This document shows positions 47,861 to 61,268 of a DNA stretch of 64,000 bases, one piece after another. The position numbers and the translations under genes are program-made. Position 1 is the stretch's first letter, and the number at the start of each line of letters is the position of its first letter. Below the pieces are notes generated by a model. It was not told the DNA's origin. It did no database searches and worked only from the letters and a program-made list of their open reading frames with translations. The stretch covers positions 861,252-925,251 of the forward strand of contig NMRA01000010.1 of the NCBI GenBank assembly GCA_002633005.1. The letters are read 5' to 3'. Origin of the DNA: Phoronis australis. Lineage: Eukaryota > Animalia > Phoronida.

Positions 47861-50800
47861 CTGAAAATAATCAAAACTGTCAATAGAAATGAAATGCTGT
47901 CTATAATCCACAGGGTCTATAGTCCGAAAACAATAGGATTCTGTAGGTGGAAGGAGAAGAGTCAAGAGTCCGAATAGAAAACTTGCTGATAGTTGTCTAC
48001 ATTATTCCATAATCTACAGAGTTAAATGTCTTCAGAATTTCAGATACTTTTACGTCATATTCTCCGTCTTTCAATCACAAAATTCCGTAAAGCTTTGTTA
48101 AGCAGGCAAAGCTCTCTTTCTTGGCCAGTCAACAAACAGCTACCTGAACGAGCTACGAAGCACTTAGTTTAATGTTGCAAATTCTTCTTGGTAACTACCA
48201 AGCTTGTAACGCAAGATAAAATTCCCTTTAATTGCTCGGACCAATAGAGCCACAGACCTTTGGACCAACTCTCCATTATTGAGTTTATTAAGAAAACATC
48301 AAAGCTAACATTAAATGTATCGTATCATACATTTTAAACGATTGTTCTTTAATGAAATTAGAATATTATTAAATATCAACCGAAGCCTTTCAAAACTGTA
48401 CGGGAATGCCATGTGTTAATGATTTATTAAGTTTTCATAAAAGAGATCCTGTACACTATGATGCAGCACCATCAAATGACATCGGGTTTGACTATTTTGA
48501 TTTACACAGAAAAAAGCGGATAAAGCGCTTCGTAGCGATTTCCATAAAACCTGCTAAATTTTTATTATACTGTCCACATTTTTGTTGTATTATATTTGAA
48601 GATGTATTACTAATATCTGGGATACCGTTCACTTGCAGATGCAAATGAATCTAATACTCGCAAAATTATTTTAAAAATGGGAAATATTAAAATATACGAC
48701 TTGAAAGATATTTCTATCATACCATTTTATCGGTTACAACGACGCCGAAGAAAGTTCTGGGTGGGGCAGACAAACGGATGTTTAGTTGTTCTAAAATATA
48801 AATCAATAGTATTAATTCATGGGTTAAAACGTGTTTATTCACAAATTTTCTCTACAACCTGATAATTGTGGGTCCTTACTCAACTACTACACAGGTGACG
48901 AAATTAAATAAACACATAGTCTTCCTTTGAACCAGCTCTTAAACCATCATTTGATAGTGCTTTTTCATCCACAAAAGAATTTATATAAACAAGATGTTAA
49001 AATTTTAGGGTATTTCACAAAACGACCAATGTTCCTACTGTGGCGAGCTCCAGATTTTTTCAGCATATGTTTTACAGCTGCATCTGTGTTAAACGTTTCT
49101 GGTATTCCTTACATTATTCTGTAAATATAATTTTTAACTTACATACTAAATCATCTGTACCGTATATCACTTTTAGTTTGCGTCTTTGGCAAACAAAGTG
49201 AAATCTTGAATACCATGTTTATTCATGCTCAATATTTATACGTCATTGAGAGATGGGTCTCAACCATGTTTCAATAATTTTAATTTTACACTTTTTGACG
49301 CAGTGAATCTTATTGCATTTAACAGTGGAGCGTTTTGCAGGCATCTCTATAAAATGATTAAATTGATACACGATGTTACTTTGTTAACCACTGTTTTGTT
49401 TTACTGTAAGAACATTAAATTTTTAGTTTTTTCATAAAGATACGTCTATTTAAATGTAAATGTAAATATAATCCAAGTTAATTCAGTGTGCAGTGAATGT
49501 GTGTGTGAATGAGTGCATGAAAGTCTTCACCTTTCCTCTCCCCGTTTTGTGTTTTTGTCCGCCTAATCACTATGAGATATTTTCAGGTACTTATTTAGTC
49601 TATGTGACGTATTGTTTTTTGTCGCAAGGATGTGTAGCTGGGGCTACCCAACCCCAGACATATCCACTAATGACTAATACAATGATTTCTGGGTAAATAA
49701 ATGTATTAAAAAATATAAAAAATAAACAAAGTTCACTCGCCTTAAGAAGACTTCCTGCTTATTCTAGGAGAATCGTCCCCTCGCCAAATAGTTTGCTTGT
49801 AAAAACACCTCAACTAGAAATCATTGGGTAAATCAATAAGACCTTCTGTTCTTATCAGCTATGTTGGCATGGCAACTTCCATGGTTAGTTTTTGGAAGAT
49901 CTCTCCAGTAATTTTCTGACTATAATTAGAAACTTTTTGCTATACTCCCAGTCATGACATACTTAACAGTTGCTTCATAAAGCAATTTTGTTTTCACCAC
50001 ATGAGGAATGGTGCCCTCAGTTCTAGGGCAATAAAAATTCATTTTAATGGTTGTAAATGAATTTGATTTCTGAGATTTTCTTAAAGGTAATATAAAACTT
50101 CATTTACTTTTACTGCAACGTTTGTAAATTCTTCAATTGTTAGCATCATCTGAATGTAAAATTACATTTAAAACAAAACCTAATACCATTCTCAACGGAA
50201 GCAAACAGGCTCGCAAAACCCTCTTGACTCAATCCACCTTTGCAGTAATAGATTGCTTTCAGTATGGGTTTCGAATTGAAAAAAATGGCTTGCTTTTAAA
50301 TCACAAGATCAAATAACTGTTTTGCATAGAAGTCATAATATCCATAGGATACAGTATATCGATGTATTACTAAGAGAATTCAAAGATACCTGTTAATGTT
50401 TCTTTACATGGTCTGGTGTTTGTGCCGTCCTTTTAATGACAACAGAAAAGATGTTTTGTAATCACATTTTAGTAGGCACTTGGTTAATAAAGATTTAAGA
50501 ATTTGTATATTTTGGCAACTCAGACAAAATAGCTTCAGTAAATTACTTTACTCTGGGATTTTCCATTTCAATTTGAGATTTGGTTTCAGTCACTGATTTC
50601 AAAGGGTTCATTAAAGGGTTAAAAAGATCGAAGGTTGATGCTAGATCACTCACTTAGAATCAATGTCAAAACATGAATCACTGTCACGTTTCCGTAATAC
50701 CCCGATGACATCCGAATGAAGTACGAAACCCAACAATGTCAGAATAGGGCGCACCCGCTATTTCAAGAACATTTACCGTCATTTTATAGCAGACCGGCTT

Positions 50801-53800
50801 TTGTACCGTAGGCAAAAATGGGGATTAGTACGGACTATATCTGCGTCTAAGTACGTGCTGCCTTTAAAATTGCAAAGCGTGAGAGGATGCGCATTCCGAC
50901 CTGTGGAGAATTGAACTTCTGAAAGAATTGAACATTATTCCGAAGAACGGCAGTGTCTTATCGGGGTTAAAAGAGGCTGTCGGATTTATAATGCAAGTTG
51001 TAGTGCGTTATTTTCTTGAAAATTATTTCGCAACACGTTGAGGCGATGGCGTCGTTCGTTTTTTACAGCCAACAGACTTCGTTAGTTTGCTTTTATAGAC
51101 GCTTCCAAAACCCCGTTTTACACACTTTTCTGGACGGTTAGAACATGTCCCCTGTCCAGAAACGAGCATAAACTTTTTAAACAAGGAATTCATGTTTGTT
51201 CTGTATATTACCAGGGTATAAATTACCATTACAGAATATATTTACATAATTATGAAACGTCAATAATGAGCAGTTCCAATGAATAACATGAACTTTTCAT
51301 TACTTCAAGCGCAGACCACCACTGTTCCAAACTGAACTGGAGTATTCTTACCATAAACAACATAGAGAATTATTAAAATTGGTGGTGAAATCATTCCATG
51401 TGTTAAACTTCTTCAAATGCAAGTAATTGTGAAAAGTACCAACTAAATACGTTAACGTGCTGAGAGGTTCGAATTTTCGATGTTATGCCTTTACGGAAAC
51501 ATTTTCAAGTTTCACTGAAAAATATGTAAATCTGATGTCCAAACTACTCAAATGCAATTTCCATAATACACTGTGTGATAGCCATTATCATCAGTATGAA
51601 CTACCTTAAGACTGGAATGGTCATTAGATACTCATTTTTAAGGCAATAGATATCAAAAGTTAAAAACGGGACAGCTTCACTTGCCTCTGGGAAAAATTTC
51701 GCCAACACTGCAAACGATGAGCTGTTTCTTTACCCTGTAAATGGGTACACATAATCGCCGGTAGGTGTCAGGCATCTCTATGACGTCACGGCACGGTTAA
51801 CCGAATGGTGAAAGTCGGCAAAAACTCTAAGTTCAAAGTCCATTAATTAAACATTGAGTGAAGGTATGGCAAAACTAACAACACAGACCAGTTTCTATAC
51901 TCCTCATGAACCCGTGGATACTAAAATCATGATTCTAGATTAAAAACGAAAGAAGTTATGGTGGTTTAAAGTGGTCCCGCTTCGACCGACCTGTGCAATT
52001 TGCAGTGAATTCGAAAGACTTACCATAGACTTAGCTCTCGAACGTAGCATCTTCTACACAAACAGGCTCGTATAAGATAAACCAAATAAAACTTGTCTGA
52101 ACTCAAATTCTAAACCGGATGTTCAACTCCAACGCTATGACGCTAACATGAAAACCTTAGATGCTTGCTACTGTGGGTCAGGTAACGATACGGCCATTTT
52201 AATGTGACCTACATTGGTACATTGTTAGGAAATTACAAGTACATATCACTGTACCAATGTCAGGTCACATATGGCAGTCTGCAGCAATGCACTCATAATA
52301 ACAGTGACCTCTTTTGGGAGAGCCTGTTCGGGGGACAGAACAAGCTCCCGTTCAGTAATGCTAGGACCTCGCTAAAAAGCAAGATCTTCGATTACGTGTG
52401 ATATTGCATGTATTTTAAAAAAGAACACGTGACTTTAGACCAGTTCTTACAGGGTATTGTCTATCAGATTACACGTCAATGGACTGGTCACCCATTAATT
52501 CTTCAGTCAATTGCATGCAAAGAAGTCATTTCACATTGCAAGCTGCAGATGAGCACAAAAAGTTTACTCTCTCTTGTATTTTTGACCCTTTAACTACGTG
52601 CTGAAAACCAAGCCAGACATAAGAAAAATAGCAAATTCGGCACTTTTCAACCCAATTAAAAACCACCGCTTCCCCGGCTGCCAATGGCCGCCATATCTTC
52701 CTACGTACGGATCGAAATAAACAGTGAAATACACGTGACAGCGGGAAGAGGCCCGGGGGCATACAAGCAGAATGCAACATTGAAGCCTGCACTGAACCCT
52801 ATCAAAACGGAGCCAGCGTGCGATACACACCTGCGAGCTGTTCATTCAACACAGGTTTTTCGTGACTGTTCAATCATTTTTTCAAGATCTTTAGCCGAAA
52901 TAGCGGTCTACTCGTCATTTTCAACATAGCGAATGATGGAATGGTCTACTATTTCTTACCTAGGCCTGTTATATTTCGGCCATGTTGGTGTCAGTACAAA
53001 ATGATCTTGAATGGACCCCCTGCTAATGCATGGACAACCGTCGCGAAAGAGAACACACTGTGTGTCCAATGTAACACTGCTCACGAGAATGAGGACGAAG
53101 GCATTCCGAGTCTTCCATATGACATGTGAATTGGTAACCAACATTACATTTGGCCACTGCCGGGGTCGTGTTGTTTGCCATGACAAGGTGACGTGAGTTG
53201 ATTCTGATAATAAATGACTACATTCACGCAATCAGTCTATCACCAGGTATGATCACCTTAACGTTTTAACTTAAAATCTTCCTAAGCAAATGTTGACCGT
53301 GACAGCTATGCAACAGGCGTTCGACGTAATTGTCTCTTATTTTTGTGAATGTTCTTATTTTCCAGAGTCCACTTTCTTTAGTAACAACAATCGTTAAAAA
53401 GTGTCCCAATGTTTCGTGTTCATGGTAACATACACTACATGTATCAGGATCACAAAGTTTTACTTTCTGAAGAAAAGAGTTTATTTCTAAACTTTTATGG
53501 AAAGTCCGGCTGCGCGGCTCAGTGGCTGGAATCAATGTGATGAGCTGTGCCACGGTTCATTTCAAAGGTACGTGGTAGAGGCTTGCCCAATTTCTTGTTT
53601 ATCAGAAAAATTTTATTAGCAAATTTTAGATAGATACTAGTTTACCACAATTTTAGAAAATAAATTGAAAGTTGTACTTTGATGGCTGGAATAACCAATG
53701 TACACTGTTAATAATTATTTGACACTCAGTTTGACGGCCGTTTTTGTGACCCTCTTACTGCCATATTTCACCTTGTAGCTTTTTGCAACTTTTTGAACTT

Positions 53801-55311
53801 TCAAGTATAGAGTAAATTTTGATGGCTCATCAAAAATATCTTGCCGCCTCAGGTTTACATTTAGTGACAATTGTCGTGCAAAACTGCCGAATTTGGAAAT
53901 GAGCATAGTTTAAAGGCAAATCGGATGAAATCTTGAACAAAAAAATCTGCTTAAAACTGTTATACAAGTCAAGTCTTTCAAATGAAATCAAGTAGTTTTC
54001 TAGATGAATTACGCGATCAGTTTCAAAACTGAACTCGATGACCTTTGTCCAATGAGTCAGCTGACATTAGATTTGAGGATATTTAAAAAAATGTACATGT
54101 AGCCCTCTTGTTTTCATTCAATCTCACTTATTTGACTATTGCAGGTCCATTAAATGGAAATAAATTCTTTAAAAATTGAATTTGTAAGAATTGTTATTTA
54201 TAAAGACTGGTTTCGAGGCTAATATGTTCTAAAAGACAAAATGAAGAACAAAGGCCATTTCTGTTCGTTTAGAAGTTTTCATCAAATAAGTGCAACCACA
54301 AAAGCTTTGTGGCCTTAGTCAGTCATGTTAAGGACATTTCAGAACATCTGAGATGCTGTTAAGTACGGCATAGATCAAGGCCAGTGGCAGAATATGAGCT
54401 CGTTCTAACCAGGATAGGCCAAAATTGTGAGAACCGGTGAGCAGGACCCATCGTGGAGTCAAATCATATGTGATGTTCAGCGAAGAGAATTTGGTCTCGG
54501 TTTTCTGTAATCTGAACACCCAAGACCTTCCAGAAGAAAATCTGAACGGGGTATTGACATCAACATTTCACGTTGGGTATTGGCTCAGTTTGGACAGGCC
54601 AAATTGGTACCACCTGCGACCTTCGCCGACTCAAGAGCCATAAGATCAAGTGTCACACTTGGAGTTAAATGATCCACCTCTGCTTTCCCAGTACTCGCTG
54701 TATACACGCTTTTTCATATTTTATCATGGTTAATTGTAGTTTGTAGTTGAGGTGAAATGGCAGTAGTCACATTGAATCCATGTTGTGGTGTAGAGAGCAC
54801 CTCCAGTTGCCCCCTGTCGACACCTCACCCACGTGACGCCAGCCCCACTCCGGTTGGTAGCTGTGTAATCCCCCCAGTTAACAGATGTCTGGTGCCTTCT
54901 TTGGACGACACCTGTGTAGGACTCCCTCCCCGTTTGGGCAGGCGCCTGGCGGCATCTGACCCAACCCCCCCCCCCCGGCCTTGCCACTGCACAGAATAAG
55001 TCACTCAGTGTGTTGCTATGAAGTCCAGACCGTTGTGTTGAACTGGGCCATTAATAAACACGTCTTGCTTGAATTGTTTTTTCTTAACCTTGAATGTGTG
55101 TCTTTTCACACCGTTAATGATATCGTTGTCAGAAATATTGAACGTTGTCGGGCTGGCCGGCGACCGGTCTGGAGATTAAATTCGTACTTATACGAACGCA
55201 AAATTATAATGAGTTTTGACCGAGCTGAAGATTTTTTTGATCTGAACACAGGACCAAAACGCCCTGTAGTGCCTCCCTTCCAGTGGCTCTCACAACGAAG
55301 ATAAAAAGCCA

Positions 55312-55590
55312 AACAGCCTATTATTTAAAATGACTCATTCTTATTAAAATGGCATGGACAAGAAATTGAAATTTGGGCGCCAAAGTGGGGACCTTCTATA
55401 TATAGGTGGGGCCCCGGTCGAAGAGGTCAGAGAAGCCGGGTCATCGATATTAATGTAGAACCCCGCTCTTGGGACTTTGAGTCGGGCATCTCTATATTAA
55501 TATAGACGGCCCGAGTTTTGAGCCCCAAAATTCAATTTCTTGTCCATGTCATTTTTATGAAAATAAGTCAGTTTAAAGGATAACTTGTTA
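55312..55590. mobile_element. ~280-bp MITE, inverted relative to the copy at 38210-38495
   Basis: Shared TIR cores catggacaagaaattgaa / ttcaatttcttgtccatg and shared internal ttttgagccccaaaa. Confidence 0.8.
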
Positions 55591-56785
55591 TCAGTAGGCG
55601 GATTCGTCTGGTAGTGGCGTCCACAGTCTCCAAGTACATAAATAGCACGCTATCTATCGGTTAGACGAAGCACGCATGCCAGTCAAAATTTATGTACCCA
55701 AATTTTGTAATAAGCAATAATCATCAGTGTGGCGCGAGAATTGTAATTACTAGTGCTCTCTGCTTTTCATCTAAAATACAATCTTTTTACGTAGTTTTTG
55801 CAAGCTAATTACGCGTTTTAAGAGGCCCCCTATTGGTGGTTGAAGCAACTGAGAAGAGGCAAATAGGACGAAGTGCACTTCGTGTAATGTTTCGTAAGCA
55901 AAAACTACGGAGGATACAAGATTTTTATTTTAGATTATGAATTGGTTAGGAATGACTAAACAAATTATTATGAGGTTAGTTTTTGAAAACGTGCGATATG
56001 GCTGCTACAGAGTGCCAATTATTGAAAACTTTAAAAATTGCCGTTTTTGCCACGGAAAATCAAAGCATAAAAATTTAAAAAGGATTTTTAAAAATATGCC
56101 ATTAAATTACTCAAGATAGTCCTTTAAATCCGAATCACTCATTTGTTATCAGCTAGCTATACATGCTAGTAAAATGCATGCAAACATGTCTACTTCGGCG
56201 CTCAATTTAGTTGCAAAATGGAGGTACTTGTCAAAAAAGGGAAATAATGAATGCAATTCTTAAAAAGTGAAATTTTTACTACATCTCACCAAACCAATGT
56301 GCTAAGTTTAAAAAATCTATGGTTTTGGGTATATAGACTCTACCTGTTCTTTCTCTAATATGGCGTCACTCTTAATAGGTTTTGAATTTTGTTGCTCTGC
56401 CATCGGCGCGGCATCAACAGGTTTTGCGAAGACGTACTTTCCAAAATTGTCTTAAGTAAGTCATTCCTGACCATAGCCTTTGGTTCACTCCATCCCGAAT
56501 TATAACGACTTCGTCGATTCAGAGCTTAAGGTGTGCTTTTTAAATTCGTTCATTTAACACACACAGACAATGACGACGTGGTTTTGTATCCAATGGAGAT
56601 CTACTGTACTGGATATTCCCGAGATAACATAGCTTTAATGACGTGGTATCGGTAGACGAGTGCAACTGGAAGATCGCCGCCGCTTGCTTGCTGCGTATAA
56701 AACCTTCGCCAATGATAAACAATTAAAACATTAAAAGGAAACCAGTTTCTTGATGTTCGCACAGAATTAGCTGGTAACTGACGAG

Positions 56786-56975
56786 ATGAGACTGCTCATT
56801 GCATTGTGTGCTATTTTATTAAAGTATGAAGCTGCTTCGGGTGAGACTACGCAACCGGCAGGGTGTCGAGGTATTGCTAGATATGATGTCGTATTCCAAG
56901 GGCAGTGGTTCCGCCAAAGATTCCCAAAGATGTACCCCATGTACAGACCACCAGCGCAGTGGTCTAAAGTTGTTG
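56786..56975 (+). CDS. SPON2: Spondin-2-like coding exon 1
   Basis: [12 protein letters not shown] signal peptide; [11 protein letters not shown]...[18 protein letters not shown]; G|gtaaga. Confidence 0.9.
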
Positions 56976-59900
56976 GTAAGAATAATTTTGATTTTACTGT
57001 TTCCATGTTCAATGACCGAACATCTCTACTGGTGTACAGTACCGAGGTGGGTAGAGTACCGGGGTGGCCGGGTAGAGTACCGGGGTGGGTAGAGTACCGG
57101 GGTGGGTAGAGTACCGGGGTGCCGCACAACAAATTTCGTGAAACATGCATCAAGCAATATTTTATGTCTCACACGTATACTGTACATCTGTTGCAATGCA
57201 AATGAGTTTAATATTTTAGTACATTAGCGGCTCTAGGATGCCCCATGAAGAGGGAACAAAACGACAAATTTCCAATTACAAATGTCCGTAACACCCTGAA
57301 ATTGGCTTGCCGGCGCCGTTTTTTGGTCGTGTCCAGAGGAGGGGGTTGTGACCTTTGGCTCCCCTACAACAGTCAATGAAATTCTTTCATCTCGCCAGCT
57401 CTTATAAACATCTGATTCGGTTATGACGAAAACATAAAGACTTCGCGTTAATTGTATTGGCTATCTGTGAAATGCTCCATGAAAGGTAACTCATAGCAAC
57501 ATTGACCTAAGAAACGGATACTTATTTATAGAAGTACTCAACAGGGGGACCAAACGCGAATTTATTGGCAACTGGGAATGAGTCAACGTGGGGGCATTCG
57601 GAATGAGTGTCGACTATGGGGGGGCGGGGCTTTTTGCCATTGCCATAGACAGGGGACGTGGCTACGCCATTGGCTACTGCCAAACCCACACAAATCACGG
57701 AATCCTTTTTGAGTTTGTACTTAAAAAATCAACCTCGCGCGAACAATTTCAGATGTAGATACTGTGTCCGCAAGCGGTGTGCATTTGTTTCTTTGCAGGT
57801 CGCACTCACAACGGCGACTACCGTCTCTTTTCGGTTGGTTCCTTGGCTAGCAAAGGACTGCAGCAGTTGGCTGAAAAGGGCACGTCCGACATCCTGGACC
57901 AAGAGTCTCAGGGTAGCCATGGCATCTTGGACTCATTCACCGCGGCAAGCATACTCCGAGGAGAGGGGGAAACATCAGTTACTGTGTTCGTAGACTCGAA
58001 CCACACCAAGGTACTATTAGTCTTAACCACGAAAAAAATCGTTGATTTCGATTGCGCCTGATCATGCACATATACCAAGCCGTGGATTGTAATTAGGCAT
58101 CAGCAAACAATCCTAAGTGCAAACTGACAATAGTGGAAAAATGATAAATCGGTTTATTCCCCGATACACCTTGTTGCAAACAGAACTGTCCTCAAGTAGT
58201 TGAATATCGTCATTGGATTAGGTTTTGGTTTCGGATTTATCATTTTCTTAAAACCTTGCAGTCGGAAATTTAATTATCTTACTGTTGACATTTACCCTCT
58301 CTATACAATTATAACATAAGCATATTATATTGTAACAGCAATCATAATTTAACAATAATTTACTATAGCAACGGGTTCAAAACATAAAGACTTCTTAAAT
58401 CATATCCTTAAATTATTTTTTTCCACAACGATCTACTATGTTCATTACGCCAAATAACAGATGTCATTTGTCATATGGTGTTTCATTTTACTTTATTTAT
58501 GTTTCTGTTGACAAAGGATATTATTATATCCGAAAATTTCAGTAATCCATTTTTGTTGTTTTATTTACGTATATTGATGTAAACATCAAATGGCAATAAA
58601 TCAGTGTTCATAACTGATCACGAGTTTCGATAAAAGACAGAAGTAATAAAACGTGTGAAGCCTTCAAACATTAGAGTATGATAGCGAAGCAATTCGTTCA
58701 ATGACCTGTCATTAGTACAGTGCTTGTAAATATGGTTGCATTGAATACGGGCTAATTACAATTCACCAATTAACTGTAAACATCATCCACGTCATGTTTG
58801 AATCTTAAGATCGGTTTTCCAATTAACCAATAACCGAAATGAGTCCAGCTGCTGTATTTTTCACATGGAATATTTGCATATATAAGAATACATCTCTTTG
58901 TGCGTCAACACTTACTGCAACTCCTGACATTTAAGATTGTAGTGTATAATCCTCAGTTTTTCCATTGAACTGAAGACAAGCAATGCATCATGATTTGATT
59001 GTGTCTACATTTTCCTACTTCGTACGCACATAAAACAGTAGGTACACTCGATTAAATGACAACGTCGGTTCCGCAGGGTCAACCGGTTAAGGCATCTGAT
59101 TGGTTCTCGGTTGTCGATGACGATTTCTGGCTTACAAAAGTCCACGTTTCAGACCTCCCCGAAAACAAAGAAAATTGAATGCCTCAGATTTGATGGCAAT
59201 TTTGCTGGAGGAGAAATTGGAAAGCCATTATCACAGATGATATTCAATATTTCGTTGGAGCCCAGACATTTGTACACGGATACGGAAGTCCCACCAATAT
59301 GAGAGCACATTCTTGTTCAGTGGGATTTTTTGGCACGAATACAGGTACATGTAGAAATTGTCAAAAATGGTAATGGCATATTTTAACCTAAATTTCTGGA
59401 ATCTAGAGTGAAAGAGAAGTCGTGAATGTGTGATTTTAAGAGAAAAAGGTCAAATTTTTTGCCACTGTTTCGCATCTCAGATTTTTTTATGGATCTATCA
59501 AGGCAAAGAAAAACAATAGTTTTGTTGAAATTCCTCATCTTTAAGAAATCCCATCGAGTTTGCTCGCTGTAGCTAAGTCTTTTTATATGCGCTAACTGCG
59601 AAGCGATACCGAAGCTAGTTTAGTGATGCGACAAGACGAAGAGATCACGTGGTACGATTAAACCAATAATCGTAGAACAAAGAGGGTCACTCACCCGAAA
59701 ATCTAAAAATATGATAATAAGGACGAAGCGGTATAGCTGACATAAAATAATTTAATACTTAAATAATATTTATGTTTCTTAAATAAGGTGTAGACAGGGG
59801 CTTTTATTGAATCTAGTCTACTGATAACGTCGAAATCAACCATTCTCAATGTGCTGTTTGCTCAGACCAATCAGATGTGCTAGGCAGTTGGCCCGAAGGA

Positions 59901-61218
59901 ACCGGCGAAGTCAACCAAGTGCAGTCACCGTGTTGCTCCTACACGTACATCGTCGATCTTAACTGTGGTACTGGTGGGTAAATCTTTAACAAACAAAATC
60001 TATTAACTATGACTGTCGTGTCACGGTCTTAAAAGTCACGAATAAAATGCCAGTTCACAGTTGCTGCATGAAGCGACAAACAACCCATGCACGTCTCCAT
60101 AAATACACCCTGGCGTTCTATTTCAAATAGTCTTTACGATGTTTCTTTTGGAATAGCGAAATCTTTTTGTCGACGCAGGGACTCCATGAAAACCATGTGG
60201 TTAGTGCACTAATCACAATGTCCATTGGCACTTACTTCAAAAATAAAAAACTCGCAAAGACTCGCGTGATTTTCTATCGTAAAATAACGTATCAGAACTT
60301 AGACAGTATATTAATCTGACAAAGCTCCGTGTTATGTGCTCGTGCATCCCTCCATCAGACGCTCTTTGTTCCACGATTCTCCATCCGGATTTCATTTCGT
60401 GTCCTTAAAGAAAACAACCCATACGCAACTTGCCAGTCGTTCATTTTCTCAACCGACTTTTGAGTCCGTCACTGATGTCAACGTCGCTAAGCTACCCCTT
60501 ACTCCTAGTAAATATCATCATGCGCACAAATTACCGTGACGCCCAATCTCTGCTAAGGTTATATAAGACCTTTTAAGGTTAAATGTATAGAATTGTTAAA
60601 ACAAGTCTAAACATTTAACCAAATATGTACAAAGCTACAGAATTTAACTCGCAATGGTATACAGTGTATATTTTCTGAAAGTAGACGTAGATTTACCAAT
60701 TTGCCACTAATTCCGACACGTGCCCCTTTTTTAGGAGCATTTAGAAAAAAAGACAGGTACAAAACGATAGGATCACTATGGTGACCAAATTTCTTACGAT
60801 GTAAATGTTCAATATAGAATCTCAAAAGCACTGCTGAAGTTTTCTAAATTATCGTTACGCTTCCATTCTATGCAACTTCACATTTTTATGCAATCATTTT
60901 ACTCGTGTAAAGTGGAACATTTTAGAAACTATTCCTAACACTGTATAAAGCATATCTGAACAACTTTCGTGTGAATCGGATAAGATTTAGATGTTGTGCA
61001 ATGACCAAAATTGGACATTTTTCCTAGGATCCTGCACAATCTCAAAGTCAAAACAGAGTATTTACAGCAATAATCGCTCATTCCTAATTAACATGCCAGA
61101 CCAATTATCGTCAATGAAAGTGTGTAAATCAGTGACAGGATTCTTTTGATTAGTACAATGTACATCCTATATATATACAAAGGATTGGTCACTGACTGGA
61201 TCATAAATAAATATATAA

Positions 61219-61268
<50 letters not shown>

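Noticed and set aside
54730-55110. GC-rich segment with AATAAA resembling a solo LTR or small ORFs
   Set aside because: No unambiguous termini or TSD, and the ORFs have no recognisable domain
48200-56700. Numerous 60-110 aa ORFs between the divergent TPMT and spondin genes
   Set aside because: No motifs, no consistent splice structure, and composition typical of non-coding or repeat DNA
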